Source: Macrostomum lignano (lineage: Eukaryota). From it: 64,000 bases of DNA. The notes beneath the pieces are model-generated. The model ran no database searches and was not told the origin of the DNA. It was given only the letters and a program-made list of their open reading frames with translations. Both the position numbers and the translations under genes were made by a program. The DNA lies in contig NIVC01001979.1 of assembly GCA_002269645.1 (NCBI GenBank), positions 1 through 64,000 of the forward strand. The letters are read 5' to 3'. Positions within the stretch are counted from its first letter, which is position 1. Each line of letters opens with the position of its first letter. Below are positions 39,285-50,365 of this stretch, one piece after another.

Positions 39285-40326
39285 CTTGAGTCAGAGAGTC
39301 TGGATGTCCGGCAGTGAGAAATCAAGTGGACTTGATGGACTCTGGTCGCTGGCCAGGGGTGCTTTTTATGCACCTGGACTGCTTGATCACCTGGCAACTC
39401 GGCGTTCAAACATTTGGCAACAGAATTTGTTGGCAACCAGCAGGTGCGCAAATTGATGCTCATGGCTGCTGCCGGTGTTTGCTCGGGGATCGATGGTCAG
39501 CTGACTTGAGCACCGCTTTTCTGCTTGCCGATTCCATAGCGCTCTGGACACGGCGTCAGAAAGTTTCTGTTGGATTTTATATGACAATCCGAGCCTTTGT
39601 TTGCTTGACTTTGCATGCAGAGTTTCAGCTGGCTCACCCGCGAATACTGCAGGTAAAATTGCTGAGATTGCAGGAATTGGTTTTTTCAGGTGAATTGAGA
39701 ATTTTCTGAATTTGTTTGGCAACAGGGGCCGCCGACAGCGAAAGGACGGCGACGGGGCAAAGGTTTTGAAGTTTGATGTTGAAGATTCAATTAATTGAGA
39801 TTAATTTGTTTTCAACGTTCAAGCTTTTAAACCAGTGTGTGTTTGGTCCTAATCGCTGTCACTGGCCTGGACTTGAGATATTTATAGGAAAATTACTACT
39901 GGATGCAGCTTGAATTACCCACAGAGACAGGCGTGACAACTCAAGCCTCAATGCAATGATAGAGAAATTTATGAAAAACCACCGCTTCCCTCCTTGAAAG
40001 GCTAAAGTTCGCATAATATCCCCATTACCCTTTTTATTCCCACTGGGACCAAAAAGCTGACATCCCGTTTCACTTGCTACCAAGGGCTCAATGGAGAGAT
40101 GGTGCACGCGCAAGACGTGCTTCCATATTGACTAGCCAACAGTATGGCTAACCAACAGTCAACGACAAACAAGCATTATGATGCACGCTGACGAATCGAT
40201 AAGCATCCATGATTAGTCTATGGTAATTCGTCCAGTACAATTACGGTTAAAAAGAGTTGAAGGACTGCTGAAAGAGCTGAGCTGCAAAGCTGTCTCAGTG
40301 GAGGAATCTAGCACTTTGACTTGTGC

Positions 40327-40598
40327 GTCTATGGTAAAAACCCTTGTGCGCAGTCTTATTTGATCCAACATGTGTGGCTAAAGTAGACAAGAGTGGAGCG
40401 GGGGATGTGGAGTTAGACTTGAACCATAGAAAAAATATGCGCGAGCTAGTCTGAACATTCTTGCACGATGGAAAGAAGATTATGCTTGTAGTCTATGGCT
40501 GTTATGCTAAATATAGAAACATTGCGCATTACATTCTTGCACGATTGACATTCCCGCACGGAGTGCACATGTAAATTCAAGGTGCTTTTACCATAGAC
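40327..40598. mobile_element. MITE-like element with ~20-bp imperfect terminal inverted repeats
   Basis: GTCTATGGTAAAAAC-CCTTG at 40327 and its inverted copy CAAGGTGCTTTTACCATAGAC ending at 40598; internal triple CATTCTTGCACG; no clear TSD. Confidence 0.45.
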
Positions 40599-41534
40599 AC
40601 TTGCATTTCTGCACGCATATGGCGACTTCCAAAGCATTCTTGCACGCTGGATCAAATAAGAATGTGTCTTCATTCAACACATCATGCTTCATTTGTTTCA
40701 ATTCCCCGCCCCTGTATTCCCTGTATTACTGGCTGGACTGAAGCAGAAATTGCTAAGTCTGCTAAACGTTATACCGGGCACAACGTTCGACCTATCGTCA
40801 TTTTTTATTTGCATGAAGCTGGCTTTCGCTTGGAGAAGATATCAAAAAGCAAAACTGTCCAGCGGTAAGTTCTTATACTCGTATTTGTATTATATTCTTT
40901 ACTTGAAAGTAAATGTATTCTAAGTATGTATTCTAAATAATACATCCATGCATACTTTCTTTAGTTACCTAACTAGCAGCAAGCGAAAGGCAAATGAACT
41001 GGGCAAGATGTCTGACGTCTGATGTCTACTTCGCTATACGAAGCCAGTTCGTCGTCTGCGACTAACGAGACGTCGGTAGCCATCGTCGAACCATCTGATG
41101 ATAAGGATTCTGTGGGGGACCTCAATGTCTATCTCCGGTACCTCCGTGGGCTCAAAACGTAAGGCAGTCGGAACAGCGACTTCAATACAAAACGTCAAGC
41201 ATCGAATTATCGTGTTCAATCCAGTGACTACACGCGTTAACTTGTCTATGGCAGAAATTCTCATTGTATTGTTTCACTTCTTGGCTAGACCATATGACAA
41301 TGCATTTCAAGTTTAGCTAACTACAAGTCGTAATTTAGATTTTGAACTATTATTTGGAGCGTGTGTAAAACCTTGACAAACACATGCTTGCTTAGTTTTT
41401 ATTTCTAAAGTACAGAAGGTCCTATCTACTATCGCCGGAAGCGAAAACTGGCTTCCAGTGTCAAGCACCTCGATTTTGGTTGCTATGTAGCCGACGTGGC
41501 ACATTGAAGAGAGTATTTTGAATTCGAATGAATG

Positions 41535-41935
41535 AGTTCCTGCTCAGTGGGTGCAGTGCCAGCTCAGTGAGTGCAGTGCCAGCTCAGTGAGTGCAGTGCC
41601 TGCTCAGTGAGTGCAGTGCCAGCTCAGTGAGTGCAGTGCCAGCTCAGTGACTGCAGTGCCTGCTCAGTGAGTGCAGTGCCAGCTCAGTGAGTGCAGTGCC
41701 AGCTCAGTGGGTGCAGTGCCAGCTCAGTGAGTGCAGTGCCAGCTCAGTGAGTGCAGTGCCTGCTCAGTGAGTGCAGTGCCAGCTCAGTGAGTGCAGTACC
41801 TGTTCAGTGAGTGCAGTACCTGCTCAGTGAGGGCAGTACCAGCTCAGTGAGTGCAGTGCCAGCTCAGTGAGTGCAGTACCTGCTCAGTGAGTGCAGTGCC
41901 TGCTCAGTGAGGGCAGTACCTGCTCAGTGAGAGAG
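41535..41935. repeat. Minisatellite, 20-bp unit GCTCAGTGAGTGCAGTGCCA
   Basis: About 20 tandem copies. Confidence 0.96.
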
Positions 41936-42122
41936 TGCTGTTCCCGCTCACAAACCAAAAATGAACTAATAAAATTCAAGCTTAACAACGCACTGCTGGG
42001 TCCAATTTAAGCATAGTTTATGACAGAAAATGCCAAACGAAATGCCAGTTCAACAATCTAATAATATTTGTATTCAAGAGCAAAGAGCATAGACGCAAAT
42101 CAACCAGTAGTTAGCAGTTGCC

Positions 42123-43749
42123 TCAGCTGGCAACGTCCAGCACCACTCTGCCCATGCTGCGACCGTCGCCTCCGGCTGCCAGCTCGAAGGCGGTGCGAAA
42201 TTCGCCGCTCATAGAAAATCGCCGGTCAATCCTTGGCGCCAGCCGGCCCAGCGCCAACAGCCGCGCCAAATAGTCCAGATTGGCGCCGGACTGGGCAAAG
42301 AAGGCCCAGCGGATTCCGGCGGCCCGGTCCGAGGCGAAGGCGCGCGCCGCGACCGGGGCGCCGCCAGCGACGCCGCGCTGGTCGAACAGGCGTAGCAGCG
42401 GGCTGCTCACGGTGGCCAGACGGCCCCCCGGCCGCAGGGTCGGCAGCAGGCGGCGCCGACTGGCGGCATCCCTAGTCAGGTCGATGATGGCATCGAAAGT
42501 AGCCGGAGCTGCGGTCAGCTGTTGCAGGGTCGCGGCGGAGTCATGGCCGCCGGATGCCAGCACCGAGTCCAGCTGGCAGCCATTCACGGCAGCTGGCAGG
42601 TCGGCGACGTGTCTGAAAGTTCGGGTTTATTTTGATTTTAATACTATTGCTGAGCAGCTCAGCTGCACTACTGACAGTAGCACAACTGGGTTGGAGATTC
42701 TATTTACTTTGATTAATTGAACAGGATTAACTGGCTGTCGTTGAAGCATCAGGAGATTAGAGAGACTATACTAAGGAATCAGCGGATAAGGCAGTCCACT
42801 GAAGAATCAAAAGATTAAGGGAGCCACTAAAAGACCAGGGGATTAAGGGAGCCACTAAAAGACCAAGAGATTAAGGGAGCCACTAAAAGACCAAGAGATT
42901 AAGGGAGCCACTAAAAGACCAGAGGATTAAAGGAAGGCAGTAAAAGGCCAGGAGATTAAGGAGACACTAAAAGACCAAGGGATTAAGGGAGGCAGTAAAA
43001 GCTCACCTAGCCGGGCAGGTGACAACAAGGCGGCAGGCAGGCAGCAGGCATCGAATGAGCTGAAGCAGCAGCAAGCCAACGCCGCCGCTGGCGCCCAGGA
43101 CCAGCACAGCAGGGTCCGGCCGAGAACTCCGACACCTCAGCGGCCAGTTGAAGCTGCTGGCAGGCGTGGGCAGGCCAGCCTCCAGCATGGCGGCCAGCGC
43201 GGTGAGGCCCGGATACGGGACGCAGGCGGCAGCGGCCGGGTCCACGCCGTCCGGCACGGGCCGGACATGCCGGGCGCTGGCCAGGGCGAATTCGGCGTGG
43301 CAGCCAGACTCGAACGGCGCCCTGGCGCCCCAAACCAGCCGGCCGGGCTGGCGCAGCTCTGGCGGACAGTCCGGGCCGGCCGCGACCACCTCGCCGCAGA
43401 AGTCGCGGCCGAGAATTAGTGGCAGCGCTGGCGGAACAGCGTCAGGCTCGGCGCCGCAGGCGGCAGCTCGAGCAGCGAGGGGCAGCAGAACAGAGCCGTA
43501 GCCGGAAAGCAGTGCGATGTCTATCGGCTGCACAGTGCTGCAGTGCACCCGCACCAGAATATCGTCCGGCTGGCGGAGCACTGGCACCTTCATGGTGTCG
43601 GTGAGCTGCAGCTTCTCTAAGCCGCCATACTCGTATGAGTTCACTGAGCGCATTGAATGGGAAGCCATTGCTGATGGAGCTGGAGCAGTGCTCAGCTGCT
43701 GGACTGCAGCATGGCGCAAAAAGGCCACGCTGCGCACTGACTGGAACAG
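42123..43749 (-). CDS. RTN4IP1: RTN4IP1-like NADPH oxidoreductase (MDR family); exons ~43749/43668-43007 and 42612-42123; 5' end uncertain
   Basis: YGGLEKLQLT..ILVRVH..VQPIDI..SGYG..LPLILGRDFCGEV..VWGA..AACVPYPGLTA..VLVLGASGGVG is typical of RTN4IP1. The phase-2 intron 42613-43006 (GTGAG..tttcag) joins the two ORFs in frame. Confidence 0.85.
42745..43000. repeat. Minisatellite, 28-bp unit GATTAAGGGAGCCACTAAAAGACCAAGA, in RTN4IP1 intron
   Basis: About 9 imperfect copies starting right at the donor site. Confidence 0.9.
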
Positions 43750-44696
43750 CTGATTGAATGTGCAATAGGATGGGGTGACATTTAGTAAATCAAGTACTGC
43801 TTATTATGACTGTAAGTAGGTTGAAAAAAAGTTATTAAAAGATATTTTAGGATTACAACAAGGATCTCAATCCTGAAAACTTTGTTGCTATCCAACATCT
43901 ATAATTAATTCAAAATTAAACCAGATACCCGATTACTTCTTGATTATCCTAAAGTCAAGTCCTAGAATCTTGGGTACAATGCCTAAGAAGTTGATTGATC
44001 CTATCTAATATCTATATATAAATATTGTTTAAGCTCAATCATAAGTCTAATTTTAGTATAAAAACAAACCCATTGTGGGAAATTTCATTGTCTATTGCTA
44101 AAAGTCAAATAGACATAGATCCTTTTAGCAAAAATGTGTTTTATTTCAATTTTAGGCCTTTTAAAATAGACAGTGATAACCATCACTATTGGGCCCTAAT
44201 ATATATATCATACTAGCACTATTAGAGATACAATAAAAACTTTTAATTTTTTTCACTCAAAGTATAATAGGTCTAAAGGCATTGTTACACATAGAATTAT
44301 ATACTATACTATCAACTTATCAAGTTTTTTAGTACTTTACATGATCCTATTAGAATCTCTATATAAACTATGTTGATATACAACAATAATCTTTAGAATT
44401 AGGTCTAATATAAAATAGGGCTTCCAAGTATAATACAAAATAATTTTTGTGCAAAGTGAACTTCTATCTATTAAACCAAACTCAATTCAAATTTGGGTAG
44501 CTACACCTAGTTTACATTTGTTTTTTAATATTCAAATTCAAGCTTTTTAAATTCAAGAAACAAATTTGAAGAAATTTGAAGAAGTGCAAAATATTTTTTA
44601 TATTGAATACTATATCATATTTCTGCTATTTAACATTTTTAAAGAAGTTAAATACAAATTTTCATGTCATGCATATCATGACTAACTCATGACATG

Positions 44697-44780
44697 GTCG
44701 CCAGGGGTTAGCGATATGGGCGGCAACGCCTCCTCGCTGTTTCCGGACGCACGGAGCCCCCTGCAGCTAAGTCAAGTAAG
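44697..44780 (+). mobile_element. ~84-bp short interspersed element (copy A) with 14-bp TSD
   Basis: GC-rich insert in AT-rich DNA flanked by TAACTCATGACATG (44683-44696 / 44781-44794); ends CCCTGCAGCTAAGTCAAGTAAG; homologous to 26631-26710 on the minus strand. Confidence 0.78.
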
Positions 44781-45628
44781 TAACTCATGACATGATACAT
44801 TGATAGGCAGGCCTAGTAACCCAAATTGACAAGATAATATTATAGGAAATAATGAAATATGCTCGGAAAGGAAGTGCTCTACTCTACAGAAGTCGGCAGA
44901 ACCTGTAAGATGAGGCGCGTATCTCGGAAGGTTAGAAGTGAGAGTGAGTGGGTCTGGGTGAGACTGTATTTTGGCAAAAATTCGCTTGCCCCCTTGCAAT
45001 ATTTTCAGGGCCTCTGCTAAAGAGCGGCAGGCCCAGCGACTTCACTGGCCCAGCGACCTCACTGGACACGCCGGATGCATCTTTTTACTACAGTACCTGT
45101 ATAGGTCAGCTCAATAGTATATAAAACAAGACAAAAAGTAAAGAATCCGATAAAAAATAAAGTACACAAATAAAAAGCGTTTCAGTGTAATTTAAATTTT
45201 TGTGATGAAGCAGTTAGTAGAGTAAATCTAAAGTTAGTAGTACACGTATTTTATATGAATTAAAAGAAGACTAGGCTGGGCCTAAGTGAATATAAACATT
45301 AATAATTATAGAATTCCTAACTGGATTGCCATATTTTTCTTCATGTCAGAAAAAACAAAACACGCAACGCTCCCATTTAAAAAGTTCTTTTCAAAGAAAT
45401 CGTAATTTTTAGTAGCGGAGGCCTGCAGAGTCGCCAGAGCCGCGCATAGCGCAACTGCAGTAAGTTAAGTATATCATATATGACTAATCAGTTGATTTTG
45501 AACCAGGATTATTTGATTCTTTCTACTACTAACTAACAGGAAGGCTATATTTATAAAGGCCACATTCGTATAGGCTATAAATACCTCGTAGGTTCTATCT
45601 ATTCGACATTTGAAAAACATCAATCATC

Positions 45629-45652
45629 ATGACTAGCAAAATGAAGGAGAAG
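45629..45652 (+). CDS. Probable first coding exon of the YEATS gene (MTSKMKEK)
   Basis: ATG followed by a consensus donor AAG|GTGAGT, phase 0, matching the phase-0 acceptor cacag at 47225. Confidence 0.5.
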
Positions 45653-47225
45653 GTGAGTTGGCGGCTTTTAAAATTGTTTCTTTTTGTGTCTTAGTACAAT
45701 GAGCTCTATTAAAATTATAAATTGAATAAGCCTAGTGTTGTAGGGCTACTTTTCTAATTCCTATTATTGAATACCCTAAAGCTGCCACCAAAGTTGTCGA
45801 AGGGCTGATTCTTCTGTCTCTACAAATGATTCCACAGCTGTCACTAAAGTTGTCAAAGGGCTTAACTTCTGTCTTTATAAATGATTCCACAATGCCACCA
45901 AGTTGTACTAGGGGTTATACTTCTTTCTATGTTAAATGTCTTAATGTTGGTAGCTGCCACCAAGACTATTTTATTAATAAATTATGAGTTTATTAATCTT
46001 TGAATAAGTCTGAGAAATGTTTCTTGGAATTAGTCTGAGTATATATCTAAGTAGTTGTCTGAGTATCTATTTGAGAATTTTTCTGAGTATATTGTTCTTA
46101 GAATACTATTGAGTTGAATAAAGCAAGTTTGAAAAAAATTGGTTCAGGCATTCAGGCTGTAGACTGAAATACCAGTCAAACAAACCTTAGAGATTTAGTA
46201 TATTGTGATTTAGCCCTTATAATTGTATTGTTCTCCTGTTATTCCGGTAGTGTTTACTATTGTTCTGGTAGCATTTACTGTTATTCTGGCCTGAGCGGTA
46301 TTGGCTTACTGGTATATGTATTGCATGTACTTCCAATCCTGGGTATTACCGAGATCAGAGGGTCACAGCCTCTGGTTATTATTTTATATATCAATTTAGG
46401 ATCTACTTCGTAGTCTCTTACTACTTCCACTTCTCAGTAGTATATACTGTATGTGTTCTTTGCCATTTCACTTCTCTTCTGCAAATGAATAACTCGGAAA
46501 ACAATCTTATAACATTTACTCGGAACTCTTAGTATTTGATACTGGCTTTCTTTTTGAAGGAACCACAATGTGTGAGGTTGGTCTAGAGACTAGAGTCTAG
46601 AATCTAGAGAGCAATATCTAGGTCCATTTTTTGGTGTACATTTTTAACTATTCAATTTTTGTTTGGGCATGCACTCAGCATGATCTAGTCTATGGCCTAG
46701 ATATTGCTCTTATATCCTAGAGAATGACCCTTGGCACTTTTTTGATAGACCCCCAATGTTCATAGATCTATATATTTTAAAATTTATCCTAATAGATTCA
46801 AAGAATGAATTAGAAAATAAATCACTGATTCAATCTGTCAAAAAACTTACAACTTACCCTATTTTTAGATAAAGTTTATTGTTGGACATAGGCAAATACA
46901 AACTAGGATATTAAAAAGCAAATTGAGATACCAAAATGCATGACAACCCATTTTAAATCAATTATTTATGACTTAAATCATTAAAAGTTTCTTAGAAAAC
47001 CAAGCAAATGGGGAAAAGGTATAGCACTATCAATGCAGTATATTATTAGTATCATTTTGTAGATTATTTTAAAACAATAGTTAACATTTACTAACTTGCT
47101 AATGCTTTTATATAAATACCACTATAAATAGATTCTTAAAATTAATACTTAAAATTGATTGATTACTTATGATTTATTTTAAAAGCGTATGCAATCAAGA
47201 ATGGCTAACTAAACGGCACCCACAG

Positions 47226-49798
47226 ATAAAGATTGAGATTGAGATTGGCCACTGGGCTAAGCGACTCTCATCTGCACCAACTCAGCCGGTGCTGCCAAAC
47301 TCCAGTGTACAAAATGCCACACACGTCTGGAAAGTTTGGGTCTGCGGCCGCCATGGAGAGTTAGAATCCTTTGTTGAACGAGTGGTGTTCCAGCTGCACC
47401 CAACCTTTCCCGACCCCATGCGGGTTGTTAGCCAGCCTCCATTCGAAATTGAGGAGAAAGCATTCGGCACATTTCCAATGAAAATCGAGCTGCACTTCAA
47501 CAATTCAATGGCCGGCTTTGAATACGAAGTGTTTCTCATGCTTGACAAAGATATTAACTGCAAGTCTATCAAATCGTTTTCCATCGCGAATCCGCGACCC
47601 CCGGAGTTCAGGGAGAAGCTTATCCGGGCTGGTGGGGTAAGTAACCTGACCTGCTCATTGTGTATGCCTGAAGTGCTCTAATGTGCTCACTATTTACAAC
47701 TGTACTCCCCATTGAAAATGATACTGTGACAAGAATCGCTACAGAGTGATTGCAAACAACTCACTAGTGACTTTAGCGACTGTTGTGTCACAAGCGCGTC
47801 ACGTGAGTTGTAGAATCGTTAAAGAGTCGCAAATGAGTCGCCTAAGAATCGTTGTCTTACGACTTTACGGCCCCAGAGTCGTTATATCGTCCTGTCAGAG
47901 TCACAGCTAATAAAACGCTTCAAGTGGCTCTAAGGCAACTGACAACTTTTTGTCCAATTGAACCGGGGCATCTTGTAGTTTTAGAGTCGTCCAGAGTCAC
48001 TTCTTTCCTATTTTACCTGTGCTACCTGGGCTCACTATCAATGCCCCTCTAATTGATTACTGACCAGATTGTGGTGGATCCGGCCGAGGATTCGCCGCTA
48101 GGCCCGGCCGAGGTGAAGCCAGCCAAGACCAGCAAGCTTGGAGGGTCGGGCAGCAGCGGCCTGGTGCGGTCCAAGAGCAAGTCCAAGGCTGCGGCTGCGG
48201 CGCTGCTGCCAGCCGATGAACAAACCTTCGCGTCGCCGGCTTCTTCAACTGACGAGCAGCAGTTGGCCAACCAATTGGCTGTCCACTCCGGCTCGCTGCC
48301 GCAGTCTCCACAGCAGCAGTCGCAGTTGGCGGCGGCGGGCAGCGGCAGGAGCATCGTTGGCAGTCGGCTGGCCTCGCCAAACAAAGCGAAGCTTCGAGAA
48401 TCCAGCGGCACCGGTGGCTACTCGGCTCGGCCCAAGCAGCAGCCGGCAGCCGTCAAAACCGAACCAGCAGTGGCGGCATCACCGGCCGTCTCCGAGTTCG
48501 ACCTGTCGCAGCAGCAGTTGGCGCCACCGCCGCCGCCGCCGCCACCAGCGCCGCCCCGAGTTGCCGAGCTGCGCACCGACGAAATGAAAAACGAGAAGCT
48601 GGTGCTGAAAATCTCCAAAAGTCCGATTAAATCTTCGCCCGGCGCGGTACCGCCGCCGCCGCCAGTTGCCGTCAAAGCCGAGGCGTCCGTCTCTGCTCTG
48701 CCACCGGCCGATGCCTCCTACACACTGAACCCCCCTCCACAGCAGCAGCAGCAGCAGGGCTGGTCCGCTCCGCCAACAGCCGCTCCACCAGCTATGGTGG
48801 CCGTTGTTGCACCGCACGTTGCCGTCGATTCAATGAAGTCTTCGCCAACGTCGGTTGCGCAGCAGCCGCCAGCGACTTACTCGGAATCCGCCGCCAGCTG
48901 GCAGCCAAGCGGCAGCGGCGCCCCCGGCTTAACAACCGAAAGCGAGGACGATCGACGAAAGCGAAAAAAGGAGAAACGAAAGAAAGAGAAGCACCACCGG
49001 CACCACCACCACCATCATCATCGCGCGCCGCGAAGCCGCAGCGACTCGGACAGCGACGCCGAGCGGAAGCGGCACGAACGGCGCCGGCATCGACACGAGG
49101 GCGGTAAAGAGAAAAAGCGCCGACGCCACGACGAGCCGGACGGAGACGACGTCACCGAAGCTTCCGCCTTGGCCGCCCCGGCAGCCGCCGCCCCCGTTGC
49201 TGTCTCAGTTTCCGACCAGCTTCAGCCGGTTGACAACACTGTAGGAATTGAAGCGAAGGTGGCGGCTCCGCAAGCGCCGCAGGCTGCAGTTTCCACCCAG
49301 CCTCAGGCAGCTCAGCCCCCGCCAATGCTGGAGGCTGAGCCGCCAATGCTCAGCCCATATCTGCAGTCGGCCGCCGGGCCCAAAGACGATCCGGAGCTGA
49401 TGTCGCAGGTTAGCGTCGAGAGCACCGGCTTCCGGCCGGCAGCTGGCGCCGAACCGCCAAGCTCGTCGGCGGATTCCTCACCCCTGGCGGCTGCCTCCAT
49501 ACCGATCTCGGCTGCTGCCATGGCTGCCGAGTCCTCTGCCCTGGCCCGCCACCCCAAGTACCAGTGGTCGGCGCAGTCTGGCCTGAGCCGGGAGGAATAC
49601 GACCAGAGATTCCAGCTGTGCCTGCTGGCCGCTTCGCTTGACGATCCAGACCGACTGCAGCTTCTCGCCTCCGTGCTGGCCGAATCCGAGGCGCTGACTA
49701 ATAAAGACAAAGACTATGCAAATTTCGACTTGGCCCGGCTCAGGCCAGACTGTGTGAAGCGCCTGATCGATCTGCTCATGCCAGACAGCGCCTCCTGA
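47226..49798 (+). CDS. MLLT3: AF9/ENL (MLLT3/MLLT1)-like YEATS-domain transcription elongation factor; exons 47226-47636 and 48068-49798; ~721 aa with exon 1
   Basis: YEATS domain (IEIGH..THVWKVWV..FVERVVFQLHPTF..P..PPFEIEE..FREKLIRAGG), low-complexity middle with a basic/His tract, and C-terminal AHD (L.D.DRLQLLASVLAESE..NFDLARL..VKRLIDLL). Donor GGG|GTAAGT, acceptor gaccag|ATT, both phase 0. Confidence 0.88.
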
Positions 49799-49819
49799 GC
49801 TACGGCGCCGCCTATCAGT

Positions 49820-49915
49820 CACTTAGTATTTTAGTACTGTTAGTACTTTAGTACTGTTAGTACTTTTAGTGCTTTAGTACTTTTAGTACTTTTAGTACTT
49901 TAGTACTTTTAGTAG
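49820..49915. repeat. Short array of TT(T)AGTAC units
   Basis: About 11 copies just 3' of the YEATS stop codon. Confidence 0.88.
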
Positions 49916-50029
49916 CGAGTGAAATCAGCTGACCTGCTCTAGGTCTGGATGGGGTCGGGTTTTTATAAGCCTTTTGTGAATTTGTAGGGTTTTGATTTTT
50001 AAAAGGTAGAATAACATTGTAGTTTCGGT

Positions 50030-50365
50030 TTTAAGATTTAGGGTTTGTGAGCTTTAAAGACGGTGAGATTTCGGGTTTATGAGATTTAGGGCTTGTGAGA
50101 TTTAGAGATGGTGAGATTTAGGGTTTGTGAGACTTAGAGATGGTGAGATGTAGGGTTTGTGAGATTTAGGGCTTGTGAGATTTAGAGATTGTGAGATTTA
50201 GGGCTTGTGAGATTTAGTTATTGTGAGATTTAGAGATGGTGAGATGTAGGGTTTGTGAGATTTATGGACCGTGGGATTTAGGGATTGTGGGATTTAGGGA
50301 TTGTGGTATTTAGGGATTGAGAGATTTAGTATTGAGAGATTTAGGATTTGTGAGATTTAGGGATG
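50030..50365. repeat. Degenerate 15-16-bp minisatellite GAGATTTAGGG(C/T)TTGT
   Basis: Imperfect tandem copies containing TTTAGGG. Confidence 0.88.

Noticed and set aside
41034-41504. VLDTGSQFSL (retroviral protease-like motif) and the adjacent 76-aa ORF
   Set aside because: The short motif lacks the rest of the protease and any RT/integrase/LTR context; it could be chance, and only an HMM search would settle it.
34434-49822. Antisense and alternate-frame ORFs over GC-rich exons (e.g. 34580-35227, 35137-35886, 38460-39317, 42280-42720, 48049-48411)
   Set aside because: These are shadow ORFs expected from the high GC3 of the real genes.
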